Made by a program: the position numbers and the translations under genes. A stretch of 63,428 nt of DNA, filler included, from Octopus bimaculoides (taxonomy: Eukaryota): assembly GCF_001194135.2 (NCBI RefSeq). It is 5 parts of 5 records of this genome, joined end to end, with 100 filler letters (N's around TTAATTAATTAA, not from the genome) between each part and the next. Parts side by side here need not be neighbours in the genome. Positions count along the whole stretch, not along the records: positions 1 to 15,666 come from NC_069004.1; positions 15,767 to 26,472 come from NC_069002.1; 3 more parts are not named here. One strand, written 5' to 3'. This document shows positions 12,648 through 24,349 of the stretch, piece after piece (position 1 is the stretch's first letter; every line of letters begins with the position of its first letter). Below the pieces are notes generated by a model that was not told the origin of the DNA, did no database searches, and saw only the letters and a program-made list of their open reading frames with translations.

Positions 12648-13903
12648 GCAGCAACAATAATAAACACCTAATAAAGGTCATCTTTATAAATCTGAGCTTT
12701 ATAAGGTCACGACAGAAGCAACAAAGTGCCTTGCAAGTCTTCAAAATTTATAACACATGGTGATGTGTTTTATGTTTAATATCTGACAGATGTAATCAAT
12801 CTCTCTACCTCTGTAACTATCTCTGTCTGTCTGTTTGTCTCTCCCTCTTTCTCTTACACATATACGTGTATATGTATGTATATACAAATATATATAAATG
12901 GGGCGGTTGTTATGTGTGTGCTTGTGTGTGCTAGTATGTGTTTGTGTTTGTGTTTATGCGTGTGTGTGTGTGTGTGTATGTGTGTTTGTGTGTATATGTA
13001 TTCTATGAATATACGTGCAGAAAACAAATGTTTGGAAAATATAGGTAACAAAAATTATTCACACACACACGCACAGGCACGCACGCACATGCAGGAACAC
13101 ACACACACCTGCCCCCCTCTGACATAAACACAAATCCTTGAATTAAAGATCAAACGAACCAAACATTTCAAAGAAGACTCAATACGTATTAAATATAAAT
13201 AAAGCTAATAATTGTTCTTTACAGATTTAATGTTTTAGCAGAAAAAATAGGCTTTTGCTAATTCAAAAGCTCTTCGGAAACACTGTCTTTCTCTCTCACT
13301 TTTTCTCCCTCTCTCTCACACATACACATCACACATATACCGATATATAATGCAAATATAGCTGCATCGTCAGAAAGTTTTCAATTCTATTTTAAATAAA
13401 GTTTTAAGGATTTCGGCTTTAGTTAATGTACTTGGAGATTTGAAGCTGTCGTATTCTCTTACTCATATATCAGTGGCCTCTGATATATGCATACATATAT
13501 ACATACATATATATAGTGGCCTCTCATATATGGATACATACATACATACATACATACATACATACATACCAATCGTCAGAAATTGGACTTTTCAAAACCA
13601 GGATGGAGAAAGCTCATTTGAAGAATACAGATCCAATCCATCACTGGAACTGTAAAAATTTGTAAAACTTTCCAGAATTTTATCATTTAAGTATATATGA
13701 GTATGCCTAGACATGAAAATTATGCATGAGAATACATACATAAAACAAAACATACAAATCTGCACATATGCATACATACATACATACATACATACATACT
13801 TACTATACATACAAACATACATACATAATACATACATACTTATATACACACATACATACATACATACATACATACATACATACATACATACATACATACA
13901 AAC

Positions 13904-14100
13904 ATCGATCGGCCAGGCATCGTCCTGTTTGACCGATGTACAGAGAAGGGAAAAAGAGTAGGAGATGCAGTAAATGACGTTGTTATAAGTGCAGGTGACG
14001 GAGTCAGTGATATGATAGGGACGATGGTGGGTGCCTCTGAGGGTGGCGGTGTTAGAGAGGTAGGGGCAAGTGCAGCAGCGTGGGCGGGAGCAGGAGAACG
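13904..14100 (-). mobile_element. Penelope-like element fragment, GIY-YIG N-terminus (frameshifted)
   Basis: Minus-strand translation SCSRPRCCTCPYL...DSVTCTYNNVIYCISY/LYIGQTGRCLADR; homologous to 24031-24349. Confidence 0.8.
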
Positions 14101-14112
14101 ACCCTATATATG

Positions 14113-15341
14113 CACAGATATGACAGAAGAAAAATTATTTAAACCTGCAATTGTACATTCAAATTATTTCTTAATTGTTATATGATTATTTGATATTTAG
14201 TAGACATGTCCTTTGCATTGTTCAATGCAAAGTACCTATTAGACATGTTACTGATCAGATGACGAATATTCTCTTGAAGAATTTCTCGCCAAGTTTCATG
14301 CAATAATATCAAAAGATTTGGCTTTGAAGATGCTTTCTTGTTCTTTTTATGAAGTGTCCTTTCCATTATGTCTCAGAAGTGTTCAGTAGGGTTCATATCT
14401 GGTGACTGACTTGGCCAGGAAAGATTTTTAATGCCATTCTCATCCATCAAATCTTGGGCCATTTTAGCCATGTGACCAGGTGCCCCATCTTCCATAAATA
14501 AAGAGTCTTCTTTAATCATTTCACCACTGGAGAATATTGGAAGGAATCCTTTCTGCAATATGGACACATATTTATCTGAGTTTATGCTTCCCTCACATTC
14601 CACCAGCTCTGATCAACCATTGCTCCAAATTGCTCCCCAGACCATCACATGAATCGCTGTGTTTCATTGTTGGTTGCAATCTTTTCACATCAAATTCTTG
14701 ATCACGGAATCTCCAAACCCACACTCAGCCACTGTCAGGAAATACAGCAAATCTGGACTCATCAGAGAATATGGCAGAGTCCCAAAATGCTAGTGGCCTC
14801 ACCACCATCTCACTGGCCCAATCTGTTCTCTGCTTGATATTGGCTGGTCGAAGAAGTGGCTTCCTTCCTGCTGCTCTACCATACTAACCAAGTTTGAGGA
14901 GATATCTGACAGCTGTTCTGGGGCTGACATCAACTAGTTCTGCTATGTCAGAGGCCTTGCAACGAGGATTATCCTCCACACTTCTTTTAACAAAGAGAAG
15001 GGTCCTGTCAGAGGGCCCTGGTTGATCTGGGCAAGGTGATGTGGACTCCTTCCCCTTTCTGGTAAATTGCACAATCACTCGATTAACTGTAGAAAGCAGG
15101 ATTCCAAGGTTTTCTACGATTTTACGCTATGTCCACCTTCAGAATGACCCACAATACGGCCTCTTAGAAATTCAAATTCATACAGTTCCAAGGCTTCCTT
15201 TGTACATGGCATGATTAAACAGTCACATATAGAACCTGAAACTTAAAAATGCCAATTAATAAAAAATATAAACCATTACAAGTTAGAATAAACATAAAAC
15301 GATCTTTTATGAAATATCTATTTACTTCTGTCCCGTCTGTG
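14113..15341 (-). mobile_element. Full-length defective Tc1 (DD34E) DNA transposon
   Basis: Transposase RKPLL..FSDESRF..VMVWGAI..FMEDGAPGH..WPSQSPDMNPTEH with exactly 34 aa between D and E; several stops and a frameshift; imperfect TIRs CACAGA(CGG/TAT)GACAGAAG with TA-rich flanks. Confidence 0.9.
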
Positions 15342-15349
15342 TATATATA

Positions 15350-15646
15350 CGAGGGTGAGTCAAAAAGTAATGCCATTTTGTTTAGGACAGGTATAATTAC
15401 CAACACAGGAACACGTATCATACATCAAAATGAAGCTGGTCCTTTGTGGATCACATTCCTACTTCTCAACATACCGTTTCTCTCAATAGCAATGTTCCAC
15501 CTTCGAATGAGAGCATATATCCCTGCCCCGTAAAATTCTGTTGACTGTTCTTTGAGCCACTTCTTCACTACAGTTTTCACTTCCTCGTCACTGGACTATC
15601 ATTTCTTTGGCCCCATGAAAGAGGGTTTGAGAGGCAAACATTATGC
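15350..15646 (-). mobile_element. mariner (DD34D) 3' end with TIR
   Basis: TA|CGAGGGTGAGTCAAAAAGTAATGCC TIR; minus strand SDEEVKTVVKKWLKEQSTEFYGAGIYALIRRWNIAIERNG; DYHFFGPMKEGLRGKHYA inverted at 15594-15646. Confidence 0.85.
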
Positions 15647-15666
15647 ACACACACACACACACACAC

Positions 15667-15766
15667 NNNNNNNNNNNNNNNNNNNNNNNNNNNNNNNNNN
15701 NNNNNNNNNNTTAATTAATTAANNNNNNNNNNNNNNNNNNNNNNNNNNNNNNNNNNNNNNNNNNNN
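15667..15766. other. Artificial scaffold spacer N44-TTAATTAATTAA-N44
   Basis: Exactly 100 nt; the 12-mer has stops in all six frames; repeated identically four times in the window. Confidence 0.95.
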
Positions 15767-15828
15767 GAGAGGGAGAGAGAGAGAGAGAGGAAGAAAGAGA
15801 GAAACGGAAAGATTAAATTCAACAATCA

Positions 15829-15925
15829 ACTCACTTCCCCCCGCCATAATGGCGGGAAGTGCATCGTAGCGTTGTTGTCGAACGAAATCACGTGAAGTCA
15901 CATCTAACACTGTCACGTGGTTCTA
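15829..15925 (-). promoter_or_regulatory. Candidate promoter / first coding exon
   Basis: GCCATT-ATGGCGGGGGGAA|GTGAGT on minus (ATG 15847-15845, donor 15834); YY1-like ATGGCGG on both strands, ETS-like GGAAGTG, E-boxes TCACGTGA (15888) and GTCACGTGG (15912). Confidence 0.4.
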
Positions 15926-17335
15926 ATTAGACAAATGATACTGCACATGTTGAAATATAAATCAATAAACAAGAAAATAATAAGGAGCTAAAATTGGCAG
16001 CAACTTGAAGAGTTCTTTAATGAATTGTGACTAGATTATTACCATATTTTTTGTTGTTTCAACTTTTCACATAAAGCAGACGATAGCGAATTAAGAGTTT
16101 TATGGTTTTATATTCTTTGGCTGTTCAACTCGCAATTTAGCACGTTGTTATTTTTGGCCAACTCATCGTAGGCTCCTTCTGTCAGTTTACGGAAAGGCGT
16201 GAGAAGGGAGATGAAGAGTAAAGGATGAGGGGGCAGATGTGATTAGAAGATAAAGGAGAGGAAAAAGGGTAACATTATAATATTTATTTATCGATCTGAT
16301 ATGACAGTATGTTTGTTATTTTTTGACTACTCATCACACATATATTTATATGTGCATACACACACACACACGTATATACACACACGTATATACACACACG
16401 TATATACACACACGTATATACACACACATACACACACGCGCATACACACACACACACACTCAGACAGACAGACAGACAGACAGACACATATATATGTCAT
16501 CTTATAGACGTCATAAAAATTTATAAACTTTCGATAGATCGTGCAATAATTCTGTTTTGGAATTAGCTCTCGAAGTACGTATGACCCTATAAACAATAGA
16601 ATGTAATTATGTATGTGTATGAGTGGCTGTGTGGTAAATAGCTTGGGTGTCTTTTCAGAACATTGTCTGGTTTAAAAAGCCACATCAAACGTCATGATGA
16701 TGCTAAGGTATAGGTACAGGAGGTGGTCAAACTCTGTATGAGGAACAGACAACCACCACCACCATATATATATACATACATACATTCTATCACTATATAT
16801 ATATATGCATATATATATATNNNNNNNNNNNNNNNNNNNNNNNNNNNNNNNNNNNNNNNNNNNNNNNNNNNNNNNNNNNNNNNNNNNNNNNNNNNNNNNN
16901 NNNNNNNNNNNNNNNNNNNNNNNNNNNNNNNNNNNNNNNNNNNNNNNNNNNNNNNNNNNNNNNNNNNNNNNNNNNNNNNNNNNNNNNNNNNNNNNNNNNN
17001 NNNNNNNNNNNNNNNNNNNNNNNNNNNNNNNNNNNNNNNNNNNNNNNNNNNNNNNNNNNNNNNNNNNNNNNNNNNNNNNNNNNNNNNNNNNNNNNNNNNN
17101 NNNNNNNNNNNNNNNNNNNNNNNNNNNNNNNNNNNNNNNNNNNNNNNNNNNNNNNNNNNNNNNNNNNNNNNNNNNNNNNNNNNNNNNNNNNNNNNNNNNN
17201 NNNNNNNNNNNNNNNNNNNNNNNNNNNNNNNNNNNNNNNNNNNNNNNNNNNNNNNNNNNNNNNNNNNNNNNNNNNNNNNNNNNNNNNNNNNNNNNNNNNN
17301 NNNNNNNNNNNNNNNNNNNNNNNNNNNNNNNNNNN

Positions 17336-17616
17336 GCGGTGGTGAGAGACGAATACAGACACAAAAACAGACACAAATACACGCACACACGCACGCACGC
17401 ACACATACACACACACACACGTACACACACGCACTCACGCACAGACACACAGACACACACACATGGTAGGTTTCTTTCATTTTCCGTCTATCAAATCCAC
17501 TCGCAAAGTTTTGGTTGGCTCGAGGTTACAAGAGAAGACGCTTGCCCAAGGTGCCAAGCAGTGGGACTGAACATGGAACTATGTGGCTTGCAAGCAAACG
17601 TCTTAGCACACGGCCA
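17336..17616 (-). mobile_element. tRNA/CORE-like SINE family D with internal microsatellite
   Basis: TTTCCGTCTATCAAATCCACTCGC...CTTGCCCAAGGTGCC..GTGGGACTGAAC is the reverse complement of the head at 36727. Confidence 0.75.
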
Positions 17617-17669
17617 AGTTGGTGATTGTGCGTATCTCTCGTTAGTTTGGTGGTCATGTATATCTCCAT

Positions 17670-18530
17670 TTAATTAGAAGTTGCTTTCCGAAATGTCTGC
17701 ACTTATTGACCATTTGTGATCGGAAATTTAAATAGTTAATTGAGTTGTAAACTTTCTGAAACTGAGAGCATCCTCTGAATAGGATAATACATACACTTTA
17801 AATTCGTAGTATATAGCTTATATATTTCATGGGTTTTCCATTTGATATTGAATGCAGTACCGCTTTCTTTCACTTCTATAATTTATCTAACTCTTTTCGA
17901 TGATTCTTAAGCAGCATGTATGGTTGTAATATTGGTGTTTAAATTGACCATTTATCATACCGACGTCCATTTATATTCAGTATATACTTTTGAGTTAGTG
18001 TGATCTGTGCTTTATAAATACTTGCTTCAGTATTGCATGACTGATTGAAAGGGAATGCGTTATCTACCTCCGTTTGCTTTAGCCGAATTGCTTGAAATAA
18101 AATTCTTCATATCAATGTTACAGCTGTAGCTTATTTTTAAGTTCTATTAAATATTTCCCTCTGATAGAGTTTTGTGGGAAAATGTTTGTTAATTCAGACT
18201 GAGAAGGGTTTTTCACGATGTTTAATGTTATATCCAATATTATATTCCAGTCTGTTTTCTATAATATGGGGGTGGGGGCAAGAGATCCGGCTACATATAA
18301 TTTAAACTAAATGTCTGCGGCTTTCTGTTTTAGTATCGCATTTATGTACCTCTATTTCGAAAGTTTCTTTACAAGATAATATGCAGGGTTTTCTTTGGTG
18401 ATATTTCTGACTAGATTTTTGAATAGCTTCGGTGGTCGAATAGATCTTATAGTAATACACATGAGTAATTCATTGGGTTTATTCCTGACTTTCAGCGTAA
18501 CGTCTAAGCAATAAATTGTGCACAAATTAG
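17670..18530 (-). mobile_element. Highly degraded Penelope-like element (RT thumb to GIY-YIG C-terminus)
   Basis: Piecewise minus translation: CLDVTL..KPN..SIRPPKLFKNL..; LKISYSCNIDMKNFISSN; AFNIKWK; FRSQMVNKCRH. Confidence 0.7.
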
Positions 18531-18538
18531 TAGATATA

Positions 18539-18754
18539 CGGTAATTCTTCGCCATATCGCGGTTCACCTATCGCGGTTTACTATTTAAGCATACGTCGAT
18601 TCCTCCGTGATGTTGGTTTGGATTTATGATAAAATAAATATACAAGTTAAAATAATAAAAATATACAGTACAGTACTGTTTCTTCTTCACGGATTTTCAC
18701 CTATCACGGCGTGGGTTTTGGAACGTAACACCTTCGATAGTCGAAGGATTACTG
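18539..18754. mobile_element. Tigger/pogo-type MITE
   Basis: TIRs C(A/G)GTAAT.C.TCG / CGAAGGATTACTG, TA on both sides; second copy at 25526-25735. Confidence 0.8.
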
Positions 18755-19265
18755 TAGTTATTTTATGAGCTACCATACGTACCAGCCAGTCAGCCATAGC
18801 CGACTGGATTGATCAAGATTATTTTTCACTTTCTGGTTCCACCTAATTTTTTGCTAAAATCATTTTTTATTTTTGTCAAAGAACAAGAACATTACCTATT
18901 TGTCACAATTGTTCCAGATACTAAGAAACTTCAGATCTGAATGCACCTGATTAATCTGAATTTCGTAGACAGTGTTAGCCCATATAACAAAGGAGCATGA
19001 AGGTGTAGGATAAGTTTGACTGAGACAGCCAGTGAGATTGCTGAACAACATGTCCGAGATACTATCTATATGCCGTCATTGGACACCGTTCCTTTTGGAC
19101 AACTTCAGCTTGTCTGCAGTATACTTGAAATTCGCACGGATACTTCGGACAGGTTGAAGTTGATCGAAATAAACGATGTCCACTGACGGCAGATAAATAC
19201 TATTTCGCATATAATATTTTGATACCATGGAGACAGTATCATGATAGTATGTCAAGATAGAAATA

Positions 19266-19453
19266 CGAGGAGTACTGAAAGGTTCCTGGCTTTGGGTAAA
19301 AGAAAATACAAGATGATCAGTTAATTATTTTATTCAACATATTCTCCTTTCAGATTCACACACCTATTGCAACGGTCTCTGTAAAATAACTCGGAAGGTT
19401 GGGCCTCCAGCCAGGCCTTTCGGGAAACCCAGGAACTTTTATGCGCCCCCTCG
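19266..19453. mobile_element. mariner-type MITE
   Basis: TA|CGAGGAGTACTGAAAGGTTCCTGG ... CCAGGAACTTTTATGCGCCCCCTCG|TG; partial homolog at 25307-25490. Confidence 0.75.
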
Positions 19454-20865
19454 TGCTTACTATACTATCTCGAGTATAGTATATTGACACACTACTATCA
19501 ACATACTATCGACAATATGGATAATATCATTTCAAAATAATCGTTGCAGAGTCGTCAACTCTAACAGCTACAAGTAAAATCTGAATGATCTTCTCTACAA
19601 CACAGAAGCTAAGACCAGCAGCAACACCAACACTGTCTACAAGACTCCAAGGCACAATACCGTCTGAGAGTTCTCTGTAAATGATAATCAGCTTAATTAG
19701 CGCCTCGCCAAATATTTTTTTCTCAAAGTTCAATCAATCTAATCATCAACTGAGCGCGCGTAAGTGGCACGAACTTCTGATTAGTAACAGCTCTCTCATG
19801 CACCATACTATGCCTTACAGTTCTACAGCTCTATCATATCCCAAACTATGCCAAACAGTTCTATTATATTGATAATACTATAAAACCACAGTACTATAGG
19901 TTTACTATGATCCATTCTATACCATAGAGTAGTTATATCAGTAATACAGTATTACTACAGTACTACAGCTCTATTATACATAGTACAGTACTATACAGTA
20001 GGATTATTACAGTATTGATATGACTTTATCATATTGTACATTTATACCGATTACATACCATTTCTATACTATTAGAACTCCACAATAAACCACAAATTGA
20101 GGGTGGGGGCAGTTCTTTTGATGTGTATCTGTTTGGCTTTCAATAGAATTGCAGGAGTCTAATGACTTCGTTAATGAGTCTATGAACAGCAGGAATCGTA
20201 ACAAATGAATTAGCAGCTCGATTCAAAGATGTTTTTAAAAGTATAATTAGAAACAGTTCTGTAGGTAATCAATAGCGTTAACGAATATTAACAAAAACAA
20301 CTGGTTTCTATAATAGTGACTTCTAAAGCTACGGTGAAAAGGTTCGAATCAGAACAAGATATCTAAAGACTTTACAACTATAATCCAATGACTAATATTA
20401 CTTGAAGGTTTATCTCTTTAGATTTTCAATAGAATTTAGAGCCAACACGGAAAGTTATGAGGTTTCGTATACGAATACGTCTATGAAAACAATGCGATCG
20501 AAAACATAGTTAATGGATGTATATACATATTTCACGAGTTATTGCTCGCTCATCAGAACCACATCCAACCCATCAACTATCTACGAACGCACTGCTTAAA
20601 TACCCGCTATCCACAAGCGGTGTAACTCTATTGGATAGACCAATTTACATATTAAGCACCCTCCTGGTACCCGGTACGTAAATATTAATTGCTAGCAAGG
20701 ACACAACCATTGTGTCTTTGGTAGCAATTAATGTTGTTTTTTTTTATTTTACTTAGGGCATATTTCTTAGATATTTGATGGCTCCTACTTTAAATATGTT
20801 ACCTCTGACTTAGCAATTGGTTTTTGAAGTGGATGGTGTTTAAGAGTAAGTATTTTATATTGGTA

Positions 20866-21000
20866 AAAGGCGGCGAGCCGGCAGTATCGTTTGCATGTCG
20901 GATAAAATGGTTAGCGGCCTTTCTTCCGACTCTACGTTCTGAATTTAAATTTCGCTGAGATCAACTTTGCCTTTTATTCCTTCGGGAGCCGATGAAATCA
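20866..21000 (+). mobile_element. SINE family A, 5' half
   Basis: AAGGCGGCGAGCCGGCAGTATCGTT...ACGTTCTGAATTTAAATTTCGCTGAGATCAACTTTGCC. Confidence 0.75.
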
Positions 21001-21887
21001 AGTAAATTTCATGTTCAGAAACAATCTTGATAAAAATAGTGAGCANNNNNNNNNNNNNNNNNNNNNNNNNNNNNNNNNNNNNNNNNNNNNNNNNNNNNNN
21101 NNNNNNNNNNNNNNNNNNNNNNNNNNNNNNNNNNNNNNNNNNNNNNNNNNNNNNNNNNNNNNNNNNNNNNNNNNNNNNNNNNNNNNNNNNNNNNNNNNNN
21201 NNNNNNNNNNNNNNNNNNNNNNNNNNNNNNNNNNNNNNNNNNNNNNNNNNNNNNNNNNNNNNNNNNNNNNNNNNNNNNNNNNNNNNNNNNNNNNNNNNNN
21301 NNNNNNNNNNNNNNNNNNNNNNNNNNNNNATATATATATATATATATACACATGTCTATGTATATATATATATATATATACACACATATATATGCGTATA
21401 TACATCCACTCACACACAAGTGTGTGTGTATGGGTGAGGGTGGGTGTGCAACATGTTTCTGCACAGTTTTCGCCGACCAAGTTTCCTCCATAAAGTATTA
21501 GTTAATCTGAGTTTATAACATAATACACTTGCCTATTGTGCCGCGTAGCAGAACCGAAACCCGAACCATTGCATCTGGTTACCAAACTAACTTCTTCCCT
21601 GAGCATAATACAGCTAAGTCCCAGGAAGCTAGTAGTGATCTGCTTCTACAAAATTTATTACAGTGAAAAAAGAATTATCTACGTATCATATTTAAAGCAA
21701 ATACACGATTGAAATCCTAGTAAACTGTGGAAATGGTTCCGAGAAAGCATATCTTATAGATATATAGTGTTAAAGTACACAGAAATATATCAGTATCGAA
21801 AGAAAGTCGTCTTATTGCCGCAACCGCTGCCAGACGATTTTCATCTACTACTAATATATTTCTATGTTTTTTTTTCTTTTATCACAG

Positions 21888-21967
21888 AAATATATCCTAC
21901 TTTAAGAAATGCTATCTCGAAATGAATACTGCAGTTTATAAGGCTTTCAGAGATGTATCTGCTCTAA
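21888..21967 (+). CDS. Candidate internal exon (NISYFKKCYLEMNTAVYKAFRDVSAL), product unknown
   Basis: Strong acceptor TTTTTTTTTCTTTTATCACAG, donor AA|GTATGA, only one open frame. Confidence 0.3.
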
Positions 21968-23699
21968 GTATGATACACAGATTGCTGTTTTGAACTAACA
22001 TTGCTTCTGTCGCTTGTAACGAACGTTTGTTACGGTGAAGTTGCCTCTTCTCCGCACAGAGCACGAACCTATATCAGTTCGTGAATTTGTTAACCATGTA
22101 GCCATAGAAAGCTTTTGAGATCACAAAGAAAATATACAATATGATCTATTATAAACTGCGCAGCCTGTTTTGCTAATAANNNNNNNNNNNNNNNNNNNNN
22201 NNNNNNNNNNNNNNNNNNNNNNNNNNNNNNNNNNNNNNNNNNNNNNNNNNNNNNNNNNNNNNNNNNNNNNNNNNNNNNNNNNNNNNNNNNNNNNNNNNNN
22301 NNNNNNNNNNNNNNNNNNNNNNNNNNNNNNNNNNNNNNNNNNNNNNNNNNNNNNNNNNNNNNNNNNNNNNNNNNNNNNNNNNNNNNNNNNNNNNNNNNNN
22401 NNNNNNNNNNNNNNNNNNNNNNNNNNNNNNNNNNNNNNNNNNNNNNNNNNNNNNNNNNNNNNNNNNNNNNNNNNNNNNNNNNNNNNNNNNNNNNNNNNNN
22501 NNNNNNNNNNNNNNNNNNNNNNNNNNNNNNNNNNNNNNNNNNNNNNNNNNNNNNNNNNNNNNNNNNNNNNNNNNNNNNNNNNNNNNNNNNNNNNNNNNNN
22601 NNNNNNNNNNNNNNNNNNNNNNNNNNNNNNNNNNNNNNNNNNNNNNNNNNNNNNNNNNNNNNNNNNNNNNNNNNNNNNNNNNNNNNNNNNNNNNNNNNNN
22701 NNNNNNNNNNNNNNNNNNNNNNNNNNNNNNNNNNNNNNNNNNNNNNNNNNNNNNNNNNNNNNNNNNNNNGTATTGTTACATGAATATATCCCAATCTGTT
22801 AATGTCTGTCTGTCTGTCTCTTTGTCTTCCAAAACTGCGACCATCCTTGTCTTTCGTTGATACGCAGAGTCATCTCAGGTGACCTGAGGCTTTTTTAAGA
22901 CGGAGAGTTGTGATTCTTAGGTGATTAGGTCGCTATTTCTATCAGGTCGAGCAACCATGCAGAAGCTCCGTCACTGTCTCGTTCTTATTCAGGTTGTGAC
23001 AGATTACAAAACTAAATTTTAAAAAATGGTCTTTTTGTGGTCCCGTTATCAGTGGCGTAGCTTGAGTGAGTGCCGCTGTCCCCGAAGTAGACCTTGAGCC
23101 TGCCGCTTCCTGCCCAATATATAAGCTTATACAACAGACCCCAAATGTGCTGCCCCATAAGATCGTCCCCGGAGACGGATCACCCCATGCACTCTCCCAC
23201 CAGCCAAGCTACTGTCCGTTATCAAATATAGTCCTTGGCATTCATGCGTACTCGTGGTGTTCTTGATCTCAAACCGTTGATGTTTGTAGCCTGAACGTGC
23301 AGAGTTGTCTCGGCTTAAGTGAATGCAGTATAGAATTAGTTATGTTGTTAGTGACGAAGTATAGAAATAATATTTGGTGAGGAAAAAGGAAAAACAGAAA
23401 TAAGACACATTCAATCACTGTAAAATATGTGTGAAGTCTTTTGTCAACTAATTATTGATTTCTATATAAAAACGGATAAAAGCGCCGGAGTAGGACTAAA
23501 AGAGAAACAGAAAAACATAGGGAGAAAAAGAGCGAGGCAGAGAGACACAAAGAGAGTGAGAGAAAGAGAGGGAGGATGAAAGCGAAAAAGAGAAAAAAAG
23601 GGAGGGAAAACAAGAGCAAGGAAGAGAGATTCTTTCACAGTACAACAACGAGGTAAAAAAAAAGCTTCTCTCGGAACTTTCGAATGGAATCTATCAACG

Positions 23700-24349
23700 A
23701 GGAGTCAATAGGAAGGAAATGTATTCATTGCGAATCGTGAAGGAATGTTTCCATCAGAAGATTTCATTGTCTTCTGAAAGATTCTAGGATAGGGAAGGTG
23801 GGGTAGGAATGTGTAGGGGTGGGGTGAGCTGATGAGGGAGGGTTGACGATGAAGGTGGGAAGGGGAAGGTGGGTATGAGAGAAAAGAGAAAGAGAGAAGA
23901 GAGAAAGAGAGTAGGGGGAAGAGAAGTAGGAATGAAGAGAAGTAGGAGTCAAGAGAAGTAGGAATCGGAGCAAGTGAGGAGAGGTAGGAGGAAGTAGGAG
24001 GGAGGGGTAGAGAGCGGAAAGAGGAGGAGGTTAGATGAAGAGGGGAGGAGAGTTGTACCCATGTGGCGCAAAGGAGCGAAGAGAGAAGATTAATCCCTGT
24101 TCACGGCGCAAACGCGAGTCCGGATGGCCCCTGTGCAAGGACAATCCGAACACGGACAGGTGTTGCAAAGAGTGACCGGTAGAGCGGAAATTGCGTGAGA
24201 TCGGGGTGTTATTGCCGAGGCAGATGTCTCGGAGGTGTTCCACGAACCGGTCAGCCAAACGGCGCCCCGTTTGTCCGATGTACAGAGAATGGCAGAGAAA
24301 GCAGGAGATGCAATAGATGATATTGGTAGAAGTGCAGGTGAAGGAGTCG
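23700..24349 (-). mobile_element. Penelope-like element 3' end: GIY-YIG endonuclease (24349-24031) and CT-rich 3' UTR
   Basis: DSFTCTSTNIIYCISCFLCHSLYIGQTGRRLADRFVEHLRDI...RLRREQGLIFSL..P.G.N. Confidence 0.9.

Noticed and set aside
18900-19200. Protein-like short frames (ETASEIAEQHVRD...; VDIVYFDQ...)
   Set aside because: Short, with no family motif continuing and no clear splice sites.
23051-23215. Possible CAGTGGCGTAGC-type MITE
   Set aside because: The right TIR is not recognisable and there is no second copy.
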